The position numbers and the translations under genes are program-made. Below the pieces are notes generated by a model that was not told the DNA's origin, made no database searches, and saw nothing but the letters and a program-made list of their open reading frames with translations. DNA of 64,000 bases, from positions 96,001-160,000 of the forward strand of contig CAVYSY010000051.1 in assembly GCA_963771175.1 (NCBI GenBank). Direction: 5' to 3'. How positions within the stretch are numbered: position 1 is the stretch's first letter; each line of letters opens with the position of its first letter. Shown here piece after piece: positions 21,550 through 30,970 of this stretch. The stretch comes from an uncultured delta proteobacterium. Its GTDB lineage: Bacteria > Myxococcota > Myxococcia > Myxococcales > Myxococcaceae.

Positions 21550-23283
21550 TCAGTGCGAGCGCACGGGCTCTTCCCGAGGAGCCGGGGCGGAGACACCTTC
21601 GGTGGGGGAGGTGTCTCTGGCCTCGGCTCCGGTGGCTGGACGGAGTCCGGGGCCGAGTGCCAGGTACTCGTGCACCATGCGCACGGCGATGGAGCCCTCG
21701 CCCACGGCGCTGGCCACCCGCTTGGTGGAGCCGCTGCGCACGTCTCCCGTCGCGAAGACGCCGGGCAGGGACGTCTCCAGCACCCAACCCCGGGTCCTGT
21801 CCCGGGTATGAGGCAGGGCTGGCCCGGTGAGGATGAAGCCGTGCTCGTCCATCGCCACCGTGCCGCGCAGCCACTCCGTGTGGGGATCGGCGCCGGTGAA
21901 GACGAAGAGCGCGCGGACGGGCAGCTCCCGTACGTTGCCCGTCTGGTTGTTCCGGGCCTGGAGGCCCGTGAGGTGGTCGTCGCCCAGCAGCTCCACCACG
22001 TCTGTGTGGGTCAACACCTCGATGTTGCGCGTGTTCTCGATGCGCGCCACGAGGTAGCGCGACATGCTCTTGGCCAGCTCTCCCCCGCGGAGGAGCATGT
22101 AGACGCGTCGGACCTTCTCGGCCATGAAGACGGCCGCCTGGCCCGCCGAGTTGCCTCCGCCCACGATGGCCACGGAGTCTCCGCGAAACAGGAGGGCCTC
22201 CGTCTCCGTCGCCGAGTAGTAGACGCCCGCGCCCTCCAGCTCCCGCATCCGGGGCACCGGGAGCCTCCGATAGCTCGCCCCGGTGGCGATGATGACGCTG
22301 TGGCTGGTCAGCCGGCTGCCATCGGCCAGCTCCACCACGTACGCGTCGCCCTCGCAGTGCAGCTTCACGGCCTCGGAGGGCATGCGGATGTGGGCGCCGA
22401 ACTTCTCGGCCTGGAGCCGGGCGCGGGCGGCCAGGTCCGCCCCGGAGATGCCCGAGGGGAAGCCCAGGTAGTTCTCGATCTTCGACGAGGTGCTGGCCTG
22501 CCCACCCACGGCCATGGCCTCCACCGTCACCGTGCGCAGCCCCTCCGATGCGCCATAGAGGGCGGCGGCCAGTCCTGCCGGGCCCGCGCCCACCACCACC
22601 AGATCCAGCAGCTCTCCGGTACCTTGCCCCACGTCGAGCCCCACCAGCTCCACCAGCTCCATGCTGCTCGGGTTGCGCCGCACCTCTCGCCCCTGCCAGA
22701 CGATGATGGGCGTCTCCTCGGGCCGGATGCCCAGCTCGCGCAGCATGGCCTCGGCGTGCGGATCGGCCTCCAGGTCCATCCAGACGTGGGGCAGGCGGTT
22801 GGCAACGGCGAACTCGCGCAGCCGCAGGGTGTCGCGCGAGTACCGCGAGCCGATGATGCGCAGGGTCTCCGTGGCGAGGCCTCCCAGCAGGATGAGCCGC
22901 CGCATGAGGAAGGCGTTGATGATGAGGTCGCTCAGGTCCGGCAGCATGGCGACGATCTCCCGCAGTCGCTCCGGAGGGATGACCAGCACTCGCCCCGCCT
23001 TGCTCACCCGCCCGGTCAGGTAGACGCGCTGGCCGGTGAACATGTTGACCTCACCGAGGAAGCGCCCGGCGCCATGCCTCGCCAGCACATGGGGAGACGG
23101 GCAGGAGTGGTCGATGATCTCCACCTCGCCTTCCAGGATGACGAAGAAGTCGTAGCGCGGGTCCCCCTCGCGGAAGAGGAGGTCTCCCTCGCGGGTCGGC
23201 CGCTCCTCGCCATAGTGATGAAGCCGGCTGAGCTGTGCCGGGGTCAGGGTGGGGAATGCCACCTGCCAATCCACTCGTGCCAT
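21550..23283 (-). CDS. cNMP-binding domain / thioredoxin reductase-like FAD oxidoreductase fusion
   Basis: LFREGD...FLGE; VVGAGPAG, IENYLGFP, VGGGNSAGQ, FATGDVR. Confidence 0.92.
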   Translation of the reverse strand: MARVDWQVAFPTLTPAQLSRLHHYGEERPTREGDLLFREGDPRYDFFVILEGEVEIIDHSCPSPHVLARHGAGRFLGEVNMFTGQRVYLTGRVSKAGRVLVIPPERLREIVAMLPDLSDLIINAFLMRRLILLGGLATETLRIIGSRYSRDTLRLREFAVANRLPHVWMDLEADPHAEAMLRELGIRPEETPIIVWQGREVRRNPSSMELVELVGLDVGQGTGELLDLVVVGAGPAGLAAALYGASEGLRTVTVEAMAVGGQASTSSKIENYLGFPSGISGADLAARARLQAEKFGAHIRMPSEAVKLHCEGDAYVVELADGSRLTSHSVIIATGASYRRLPVPRMRELEGAGVYYSATETEALLFRGDSVAIVGGGNSAGQAAVFMAEKVRRVYMLLRGGELAKSMSRYLVARIENTRNIEVLTHTDVVELLGDDHLTGLQARNNQTGNVRELPVRALFVFTGADPHTEWLRGTVAMDEHGFILTGPALPHTRDRTRGWVLETSLPGVFATGDVRSGSTKRVASAVGEGSIAVRMVHEYLALGPGLRPATGAEARDTSPTEGVSAPAPREEPVRSH

Positions 23284-23516
23284 GGCGTGCTCCCTTCGCG
23301 CGGGACGAACGTGTCCCTTTCACGGATCCGCGGTTCGAGCACATGTGACAAGCGAGAGCTCTCCTGCCCTCGGAGGGGGGGAGCAGCCCTCTCCAGGCTG
23401 AAGGCACGGGATGCGCACCGAGAGGTGTGGGAGTCACTCAGCCCGAGGACGAGTTGTCCCTCGAGGAAGTGACGCAACCACGTGATGGGGATTGCGACGG
23501 CCGGAGGGCCCGTGTT

Positions 23517-23532
23517 ACTTCCAGTACGAACC
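23517..23532. promoter_or_regulatory. putative MarR operator, copy 1
   Basis: ACTTCCAGTACGAACC upstream of marR; the 12-mer TTCCAGTACGAA recurs at 24047-24058. Confidence 0.7.
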
Positions 23533-23547
23533 TTTCGAGCATGAACG

Positions 23548-24003
23548 ATGCCGACCCATTACAAAGGCAGCGCGCGCGAGGCCCGGGCACTCGATACGTT
23601 CATCAAACTGACCCGGGCGATGGAGACGCTGGGGAGTGAGCTCCAGCGGCACCTCGCCAGCTACGAGATCACGCTGCCCCAGCTCGCGGTGCTGGAGGCC
23701 CTGCTGCACCTGGGGCCCATGAGCCAGGGCGAGCTGGGCCGCAAGCTGCTGCGCAGCAATCCCAACATGACGGCCCTGCTGGAAAATCTGGAGCGCAATG
23801 GGTGGATCGAACGCGCGCGGAGCCCGGAGGACCGCCGGGTCGTGGTGGTGAGCCTCTCCCGCGAGGGCCAGCGCATCATCGAGAAGGTGTTTCCGGCCCA
23901 TGCCGCTCACATCGCGGCGCTGTTGGGGGCCCTCTCCGCCGAGGAGCAGGAGCAGCTCGGCGCGCTGTGCAAGAAGCTGGGTCTTTCGCTGTCCCGCGGT
24001 TGA
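23548..24003 (+). CDS. MarR family transcriptional regulator
   Basis: ITLPQLAVLEAL, GWIER--SPEDRR. Confidence 0.95.
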   Translation: MPTHYKGSAREARALDTFIKLTRAMETLGSELQRHLASYEITLPQLAVLEALLHLGPMSQGELGRKLLRSNPNMTALLENLERNGWIERARSPEDRRVVVVSLSREGQRIIEKVFPAHAAHIAALLGALSAEEQEQLGALCKKLGLSLSRG

Positions 24004-24044
24004 CTCGCTCGTTGTCCCGCAACCGAAGTCTTTCTCGCGCATTT

Positions 24045-24060
24045 AATTCCAGTACGAAGT
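24045..24060. promoter_or_regulatory. putative MarR operator, copy 2
   Basis: AATTCCAGTACGAAGT upstream of doxX. Confidence 0.7.
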
Positions 24061-24088
24061 ATTCGTGCCAGAACCGAAGGAGTCAGTC

Positions 24089-24496
24089 ATGTCGAAGGCG
24101 AAGACGGTGGGTCTGTGGATTGTCACGGTGCTGCTCGCGGTTGCGTTCCTGGGGGCGGGAGGCTCCAAGCTGGCGGGGACGCCCATGCACGCGGAGAACT
24201 TCGCGCGCTGGGGTTACCCGCTGTGGTTCCTGTACGTCACCGGGGCCATCGAGGTGGTGGCGGCGCTGCTGGTGCTCGTGCCGCGCACGGCGACGCTGGG
24301 CGCGGGCCTGGTGCTCGGCACCATGGTGGGGGCCGTGCTGACGCACCTGAAGGCGGGTGAGACCTCTCAGGTGGTGGCTCCCCTCATCCTCCTGGGGCTC
24401 GGGGTGATCGTCGGCCTCGCGCGGCGCGATGAGGTGGTGGCGCCGTTCAACCGGTTCCTCGCCCGGGGCGGAGGGGCAGGGGAGGTCCGGGCATGA
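24089..24496 (+). CDS. DoxX family membrane protein
   Basis: AGGSKL, FARWGYP, GAIE, GAVLTH; four TM segments; AAGGAG RBS. Confidence 0.9.
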   Translation: MSKAKTVGLWIVTVLLAVAFLGAGGSKLAGTPMHAENFARWGYPLWFLYVTGAIEVVAALLVLVPRTATLGAGLVLGTMVGAVLTHLKAGETSQVVAPLILLGLGVIVGLARRDEVVAPFNRFLARGGGAGEVRA

Positions 24497-25365
24497 GCAC
24501 GCGCTCCGTGGTGAAGGTGGTGGACTCCGTCCGCACCCTGGAGGGCGCCGGCTTCGTGGTGCGCCGGCCCTTCCCGGTGCCGGGCTTCAGTCACTTCGAT
24601 CCGTTCCTCCTCGTGGACGAGATGGGACCGATGGAGCTACCGCCGGGCGAGGCGAAGGGGGCGCCAGACCACCCCCACCGTGGCTTCGAGACGGTCAGCT
24701 ACATCCTGGCGGGTCAGACCGAGCACGAGGACTCGGCGGGACATGCGGGCGTGCTCGGTCCGGGGGACGTGCAATGGATGACGGCGGGGGCGGGCGTGGT
24801 CCACTCGGAGATGCCGTCCCGCGAGCTCTCCCGCCAGGGTGGGCGCATGCACGGCTTCCAGATCTGGGTCAACCTGCCCCGGCGAGACAAGATGATGGCG
24901 CCGCGTTACCAGGAGATTCCCGCCGCGCGCATCCCGGTGGCCTCGACGCCGGATGGGACGGTGCGGGTGAAGGTCATCGCGGGCGAGTCACTCGGCGCGC
25001 GCGCGGTCATCGACACGCGCACGCCCATCCAGTACCTGCACTTCACCCTCGCACCGGGGGCGCGCTTCGAGCAGCCGGTGCCACGGGACCACAATGCCTT
25101 CGCCTACCTCTTCGGCGGCGAGGGGACGTTCGGCCCCAAGGGGGAGCGGGCGGTGGAGGGGCAGGCGGTGCTGTTCACCAACGACGCCGACTCGGTGGTG
25201 ATGACCGCCACGGGGACCGCGCCCCTCGAGCTCCTGCTCCTCTCTGGAGTGCCCTTGCGTGAGCCGGTGGTGCGCTACGGGCCCTTCGTGATGAACACGC
25301 AGGCGGAGATCCTCCAGGCCTTCGAGGACTATCAGCGCGGGCGCATGGGGCGGATCCACCGCTAG
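24493..25365 (+). CDS. pirin family protein
   Basis: DPFLLVD, HPHRGFETV, QWMTAGAGVVHSEMP, GPFVMNT. Confidence 0.95.
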   Translation: MSTRSVVKVVDSVRTLEGAGFVVRRPFPVPGFSHFDPFLLVDEMGPMELPPGEAKGAPDHPHRGFETVSYILAGQTEHEDSAGHAGVLGPGDVQWMTAGAGVVHSEMPSRELSRQGGRMHGFQIWVNLPRRDKMMAPRYQEIPAARIPVASTPDGTVRVKVIAGESLGARAVIDTRTPIQYLHFTLAPGARFEQPVPRDHNAFAYLFGGEGTFGPKGERAVEGQAVLFTNDADSVVMTATGTAPLELLLLSGVPLREPVVRYGPFVMNTQAEILQAFEDYQRGRMGRIHR

Positions 25366-25517
25366 ACCGTTGGGCACCGACCCGACGCCTTGCTCTGCAC
25401 GGCCGGCTACACATGCCAGGAACCGTGGGACGGGTGCCACCCGGAGCGCGAGCCCCTACATCTGCGCTCCCCCATCGCCTTGGTACGGATCCGTGGTCGG
25501 GGGGGGGAGGGTTTCCG

Positions 25518-28010
25518 GTGCGATACCTCTGGTCCTGGCTCGAACACGGCTTGAAGCCTCGCTGTCTATTCTTGCTCCTGGCCTTGTTCCCGTTCGCTTC
25601 TTCTCAGGTACGAGCCAGCGATTCGCCTGCCTTGGCCCTGCCGAGCGGTTTCACCGAGGATGTGCTCGCCTCGGGCCTGAGCTTCCCGACAGCCTTCGTC
25701 AGCCTCCCGGACGGGCGCATCCTGATCGCCGAGAAGGCGGGCGTGGTGAGGGTCTACAAGAGCGGGGCCCTCCTGGGCACGCCCTTCCTCGACATCCAGG
25801 ATCGCGTCAATGCCTTCCACGATCGCGGGTTGCTGGGCCTGACCATCGACCCGAACTTCGCGCGGAACGGCTTCATCTATCTGCTCTACACCTACGAGAA
25901 CGACGCGGGCGACTACGAGGGGCCCAAGACAGGGCGCCTGGCGCGCTATACGGCGGTGGGTGATACGGCCTCACCGAGCAGCGAGGCGGTGCTGCTGGGC
26001 ACCACCGTGGGTCGCTCCTGCAACGATTTTCCGCCGGGCACCGACTGCATCCCCTCGGACTCCCCGTCCCACTCCGTGGGCAACGTCAAGTTCGCACCCG
26101 ATGGCAGCCTCTTCGTGACGCTCGGGGATGGGTCCAGGTACATCCGCGTCGAACGCGATGCGCTGCGGGCCCAGGATCTCGACTCACTCGCGGGCAAGGT
26201 GCTCCGCATCACACCCGGCGGACAGGGGCGGTCGACGAACCCCTTCTGGAACGGCGATGCCAGCGCCAATCGTTCGAAGGTCTGGAGCCTCGGCCTGCGC
26301 AATCCCTTCCGCTTCAACCTGCGCCCGGGCAGCGGAATCCCCTACCTGGGGGACGTCGGCTGGAGCACCTACGAGGAGATCAACGTCGCCACCGCGGGAG
26401 CCAACTTCGGCTGGCCCTGCTACGAGGGCCCCGAGCAGCAGGGGGGCTACGCGCCTCAGCCGGAATGCCAGGCCCTTTATGCGCTCGGCCCGTCCGCCGT
26501 GAAGATGCCGCTCTATGATTGGCCACACGCGGGAGGCTCGGCGTCGGCCATCGGCGGGGTGTTCTATACCGGCACCGCCTACCCAGATGCCTATCAGGGC
26601 GCCTTCTTCTTCGGAGACTACTCGAAGGGCTGGCTGCGCTACCTGCGGGTGGATGACGCGGACAACCTCCTCGAGGTGAGCGATTTCGCGAACGAGCTCA
26701 GCGGGCTGGTCGCTCTCGAGCTCGGCCCGGATACGCACCTCTACTACCTCGACATCGTTCAAGGGGAACTGCGCCGCATCCGCTACACGGGAGCGAACTC
26801 TCCCCCCACCGCGGTGGCCTCGGCGACCCCGACGAATGGGAGCGCGCCCCTGAGCGTGCGGTTCTCCAGCGCTGGGTCGAGTGATGCGGAGGGCGATTCG
26901 CTGTCCTACGCCTGGGACTTCGGAGATGGCTCACCCACGACGGCCGAGCCCGAGCCGCTGCACACCTATTCCGAGAATGGCACCTACACCGCGCGGCTGA
27001 CCGTGACGGATGCGCGGGGAGGAAGCAGCTCGGCGGTGGTGGCCATCTCCGTTGGCAATCACGCGCCCACCGCGACCATCCACGCGCCTCTCCCCTCACT
27101 CCTGTTCAAGGTGGGGGATGGCATTGCGTTCTCCGGCTCGGCGACGGACCCAGAGGACGGGTCCATTCCCGATACCCGGTTGGCGTGGACAGTCATCCTG
27201 CACCACTGCCCGGGTGGAGAATGTCACCCCCACCCGTACCTCTCGCGCACGGGAGCGGCGGGGAGCTTCACCGTCCCGGACCATGGTGACGAGTTCTTCT
27301 TGGAGCTCCAGCTCACCGCCACGGATGCCAATGGCCTGTCGGACACGAAGAGCGTGACGATCCATCCCCAGACGGTGGTGCTCACCCTGGACACCTCGCC
27401 GCCCGGACTGCTGGTGGTGTACGACGGCATGACCGAGACGGCTCCCTTCACGCGCACGGCCGTCGTCGGCGCCACCCACACCGTCTACGCGCCCTCACCG
27501 CAGGGGGATTTCAACTTCGATTCCTGGTCGGATGGTGGCGACATCCAGCACCAGGTGACGGTCGGTACGACGGACGCCACGTACACCGCGATGTTCGCCG
27601 CAACGGGGCCCGTCGTCTGCCCGGTGGGGGAGTTCCGTGCGGAGTACTTCAATAACCGTGACCTCGCCGGGACCCCCTTCCGCATCCGTTGCGAGCCCGC
27701 CCCCATCAACTATGACTGGGGCGAGGGCGCGCCGCCCGAGACTGGCCTGGGGCCGGATGAGTTCTCGGTGCGTTGGACGGGACGCATCTACTTCTCGTCG
27801 GGCTTCTACAGATTCACTGCCCGCGCCGACGACGGGGTGCGGCTCTGGGTCGACGGCGGCTCGCCCCTCGTCAACGCGTGGGTGGATCAGTCTCCCACGA
27901 GCTATTACGGCTACCGCTACCTGTCCCGGGGCGAGCACAAGGTGACGCTCGAGTTCTACGAAGCAGGAGGCGGCGCGGTCAGCCAACTCCGCTGGGTCAA
28001 GCTGTGGTGA
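25518..28010 (+). CDS. secreted glucose/sorbosone (PQQ-type) dehydrogenase domain plus PKD and PA14 domains
   Basis: RGLLGL, GLRNPFRF, NFGWPCYEG; YAWDFGDG (PKD); FSVRWTG/ADDGVRLWVDG (PA14). Start codon uncertain. Confidence 0.9.
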   Translation: MRYLWSWLEHGLKPRCLFLLLALFPFASSQVRASDSPALALPSGFTEDVLASGLSFPTAFVSLPDGRILIAEKAGVVRVYKSGALLGTPFLDIQDRVNAFHDRGLLGLTIDPNFARNGFIYLLYTYENDAGDYEGPKTGRLARYTAVGDTASPSSEAVLLGTTVGRSCNDFPPGTDCIPSDSPSHSVGNVKFAPDGSLFVTLGDGSRYIRVERDALRAQDLDSLAGKVLRITPGGQGRSTNPFWNGDASANRSKVWSLGLRNPFRFNLRPGSGIPYLGDVGWSTYEEINVATAGANFGWPCYEGPEQQGGYAPQPECQALYALGPSAVKMPLYDWPHAGGSASAIGGVFYTGTAYPDAYQGAFFFGDYSKGWLRYLRVDDADNLLEVSDFANELSGLVALELGPDTHLYYLDIVQGELRRIRYTGANSPPTAVASATPTNGSAPLSVRFSSAGSSDAEGDSLSYAWDFGDGSPTTAEPEPLHTYSENGTYTARLTVTDARGGSSSAVVAISVGNHAPTATIHAPLPSLLFKVGDGIAFSGSATDPEDGSIPDTRLAWTVILHHCPGGECHPHPYLSRTGAAGSFTVPDHGDEFFLELQLTATDANGLSDTKSVTIHPQTVVLTLDTSPPGLLVVYDGMTETAPFTRTAVVGATHTVYAPSPQGDFNFDSWSDGGDIQHQVTVGTTDATYTAMFAATGPVVCPVGEFRAEYFNNRDLAGTPFRIRCEPAPINYDWGEGAPPETGLGPDEFSVRWTGRIYFSSGFYRFTARADDGVRLWVDGGSPLVNAWVDQSPTSYYGYRYLSRGEHKVTLEFYEAGGGAVSQLRWVKLW

Positions 28011-28028
28011 GGGAAGCTCCGCGGTTCC

Positions 28029-28067
28029 GTGCTCGGGTCGTGAGGCCACGGCCGACGACCCGAGCAC
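28029..28067. terminator. 13-bp perfect inverted repeat between convergent genes
   Basis: GTGCTCGGGTCGT-N13-ACGACCCGAGCAC. Confidence 0.7.
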
Positions 28068-28082
28068 CACGGGCTCAATGCC

Positions 28083-28691
28083 TTACTTCAGCAGGCCTTC
28101 GGCCTTGAGGGCAGCCTGCACGTGGGGACGCGCGGCCACGCGGCCCTGGTACGCCTGCAGCACCGGCCACTTGGACAGATCGATGTCGACCCACTTGCAC
28201 CAGTTCAGCACGGTGAACAGGTAGGCATCGGCGACGGTGAACTGCTCGCCCATGAGGAAGGGACCCTTCTCGAGCGGACCGTTCAGGTGGTCGAAGCGCT
28301 TGCCGAGGTTCTCGCGGAACGTCTTCTTCACCTCCTCGGGATATGAGGGGTTGAAGAGGGGGCTGAAGCCTTTGTGGATCTCGGTGGAGATGAAGTTGAG
28401 CAGCTCCTGGAGGCGGTAGCGCTCCATCGTGCCGTGGGCCGGCGCGAGCTTGGACTGGGGCGCCTTGTCGGCGATGTACTGGACGATGGCGGGGCCCTCG
28501 GTGAGGAGGCTGCCGTCATCGAGCTGCAGGGCCGGCACGTAGCCCTTGGAGTTGATGGCCGTGAAGTCCTTGCCGGACTCGGTCTTCTTGGTGCGCAGGT
28601 CGACCTTCTCGACCTCGAAGGACAGGCCCGCCTCTCGCAGGACGATGTGGGGCGACAGCGAGCAGGCACCAGGGGAGTAGTAGAGCTTCAT
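28083..28691 (-). CDS. gstA: glutathione S-transferase (beta class)
   Basis: MKLYYSPGACSLSPHIVLRE, VPAL, TEG, STEIHK, FTVADAYL. Confidence 0.95.
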   Translation of the reverse strand: MKLYYSPGACSLSPHIVLREAGLSFEVEKVDLRTKKTESGKDFTAINSKGYVPALQLDDGSLLTEGPAIVQYIADKAPQSKLAPAHGTMERYRLQELLNFISTEIHKGFSPLFNPSYPEEVKKTFRENLGKRFDHLNGPLEKGPFLMGEQFTVADAYLFTVLNWCKWVDIDLSKWPVLQAYQGRVAARPHVQAALKAEGLLK

Positions 28692-29138
28692 TCGTGAGGA
28701 CTCCTTGTTCGTACGCCTGGGTGTAGGCGGCTGGACTATTTGCACGGTCCCCCTCCCCCGCGCCACGGAATCATCCCACACTCGGAGTGAAGCGGTGGGC
28801 GGTCGCCGGTCTGGTCCGACTGCCTGTGCGGTTTCGCTTCACTCTGCTCTCCTCATGTCCATACAGAGAAATACGTACGAGGCTCGCGGCTGCTCGACAA
28901 GGGCTCCGCGAGTCCTGCGCGTTGCAGTGCTTTTGATCGCAACTCCTGCATGGCTTTCACGGGTGGCTCTTCGCTTTCACGGCATCTTTGCTCTCGGGGT
29001 GGATGGAATCCTCATTCGACGCCAGAGATTGATTTGATCATATACACGCTCACCGTCGTTGCGGTATCAAGGATTCGGTCTCGAGGCCGGTCGTGATCAT
29101 GTCTGTGTGATTGGAAAACCCATCCTGGAGCCAGTGGC

Positions 29139-30780
29139 ATGCGCATTGATTTTGGTAGACGCGGAAGTTTTTCGAGGCGAACGCTCAGCCAGAGGTTGGG
29201 TCTGGCCGTGGGCGTGGCGGCGGTCGGCGTCATGGGGCTGCAGCCCCTCCCGAGCCACGCGGAGGAGGTTCCTCCCAGCGTCATCTTCCTGATGGACAAC
29301 AACGAGTCCATGCAGGACTTCCCCCGGCCCTTGCCCGAGGTGGGAAACACCTCGGTGTGGGGCTGCTCGGATCCCGCGCTGGTCTCGGCGATGAGCTGGT
29401 TCGACAAGAACAGCGCGGACCCGAAGCTCAACGGCTCCATTCCCTATGACAGCGATCCCGAGTTCGGGACGACGCCCCAGTTCTTCGACCCGAACGTGTA
29501 CTACCAGTCCCGAGGTCAGCGCATCGGCTGGGTGGTGGAGGACTACCCATTCTCGCTCTCGTCGGACTTCCGCGCCATGGATGGCAACACGGATGCGCTG
29601 ATTGCCTGCCATCGCGCACTGAACTGGAATGAGCCGTGGGACTCGCCGGTCGTCGCGGCATGCCAGGCGTGTCTGACGACCAAGGGCTGGTGGCGTGGTC
29701 CGCTGTCGGACAACCCTTCCAACCGTCCCGATATCCCGGCGCGCACTCCCGAGGCCCGACGCCTCTGGGTCGTCAGCGGCCGCGTGCTCAACGTGCGCCC
29801 GCCCAGGTTCGTGGTGGCGCGCAAGGCGCTCAAGGACGTCATCGCCTCCGCGAGCAACGTGCGCATGGGGGTGGCCTCCTATGGCCCGGACCAGGGCTGG
29901 TACGACCCGCCGAAAATGCTCGAGAAGCTGCGGCCGGCGTGTGACCAGTCCTTTCCCATCAACGAGGCGGCGCTCAACCGGTCCGCGCTGAAGAGCGCCG
30001 TCAATCGTGTGGAGTTCCGCAACAACGAGCGCTCCATCGGTGAGGCCCTCTTTGGTCTGGGTGGCTACTTCTCCTCGCAGATGGTGGACAACCGTTGGAC
30101 GAACTGGTTCCAGCAGCCCATCAACCCGGGCTGGGGCTGGCCCGGTGGCTGGAACGGCGGTACCTCCGACAATCCCGTATACGGGTCAGGCGGGGGCGTC
30201 CTGGGGCTTCCAGCTGGATGAGTGGCTCAAGTGGTCCCAGCCCTGGGAGGGCACCGGCTTCGACAAGTCCTTCTGCCGCAGCTCGCAGGCGAGCGCCGTC
30301 GTCGTGGTGTCGGGCGGTGAGCCCCACTCCGACAACTCGGTGCCCATCACCAAGATGATGGGTGTCCTCGTGGCCGATGGAGCCCGGCACCCGAACGGCA
30401 CGCTGCTCACGTTCGATGCGAGCAATCCCGAGACCAACACGAACCCGGGCGGCGTGAACTACTGCCACCTGTTCGGCGCTACCCGCGAGGACTGCGACTA
30501 CACCTCCTACAACTGGCCCACGGGTCTGGCGAGGACGAACAAGAACTTCATGGATGACGTGGCGTTCTTCCTGTCGCACGCGGACCTGCGTGGCGACATG
30601 GCCGGGAACCAGTCGGTGCGCACGTACGTCATCGGTTACGGCGGTGGAGGCCCCATGCTCCAGAGCATCGCGCTGGCGGGCGAGGGCCGGTACTACCGCG
30701 CGAACCAGCCGGCGGCGCTGTACGACGCGCTCACGTTCGCCCTCGGCGAGATCCGCGCTTCAGCCAGTTCCGCGCCGTAG
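29139..30780 (+). CDS. secreted vWA-type protein resembling the PilY1 N-terminal region; 1-nt frameshift near 30178
   Basis: Signal peptide, VIFLMDNNESM; second ORF has FMDDVAFFL--ADLR-D--GNQSVRTYVIGY...GEGRYYRA. Confidence 0.7.
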
Positions 30781-30970
30781 TGCCGGTGGATGGAGGACGA
30801 GAGCAGGGCGAGCCGTATTCGAGCGCTCGGTCGACTGGCTGGAGGGTCATGCGGGGAGGGGACCCGCCAGCCAGTCGTGGGCCTGTCTGTCGACGAGCAG
30901 GTGTGGCCGAATCGACACTATCGAGGGTCTACCCTTCAGCTCGGGTCAGAACACTCCCGTGTCGCTCCCC

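Noticed and set aside
28708..28720. Third MarR operator upstream of gstA
   Set aside because: Only a 7-bp partial match (TTCGTAC) without the second half-site.
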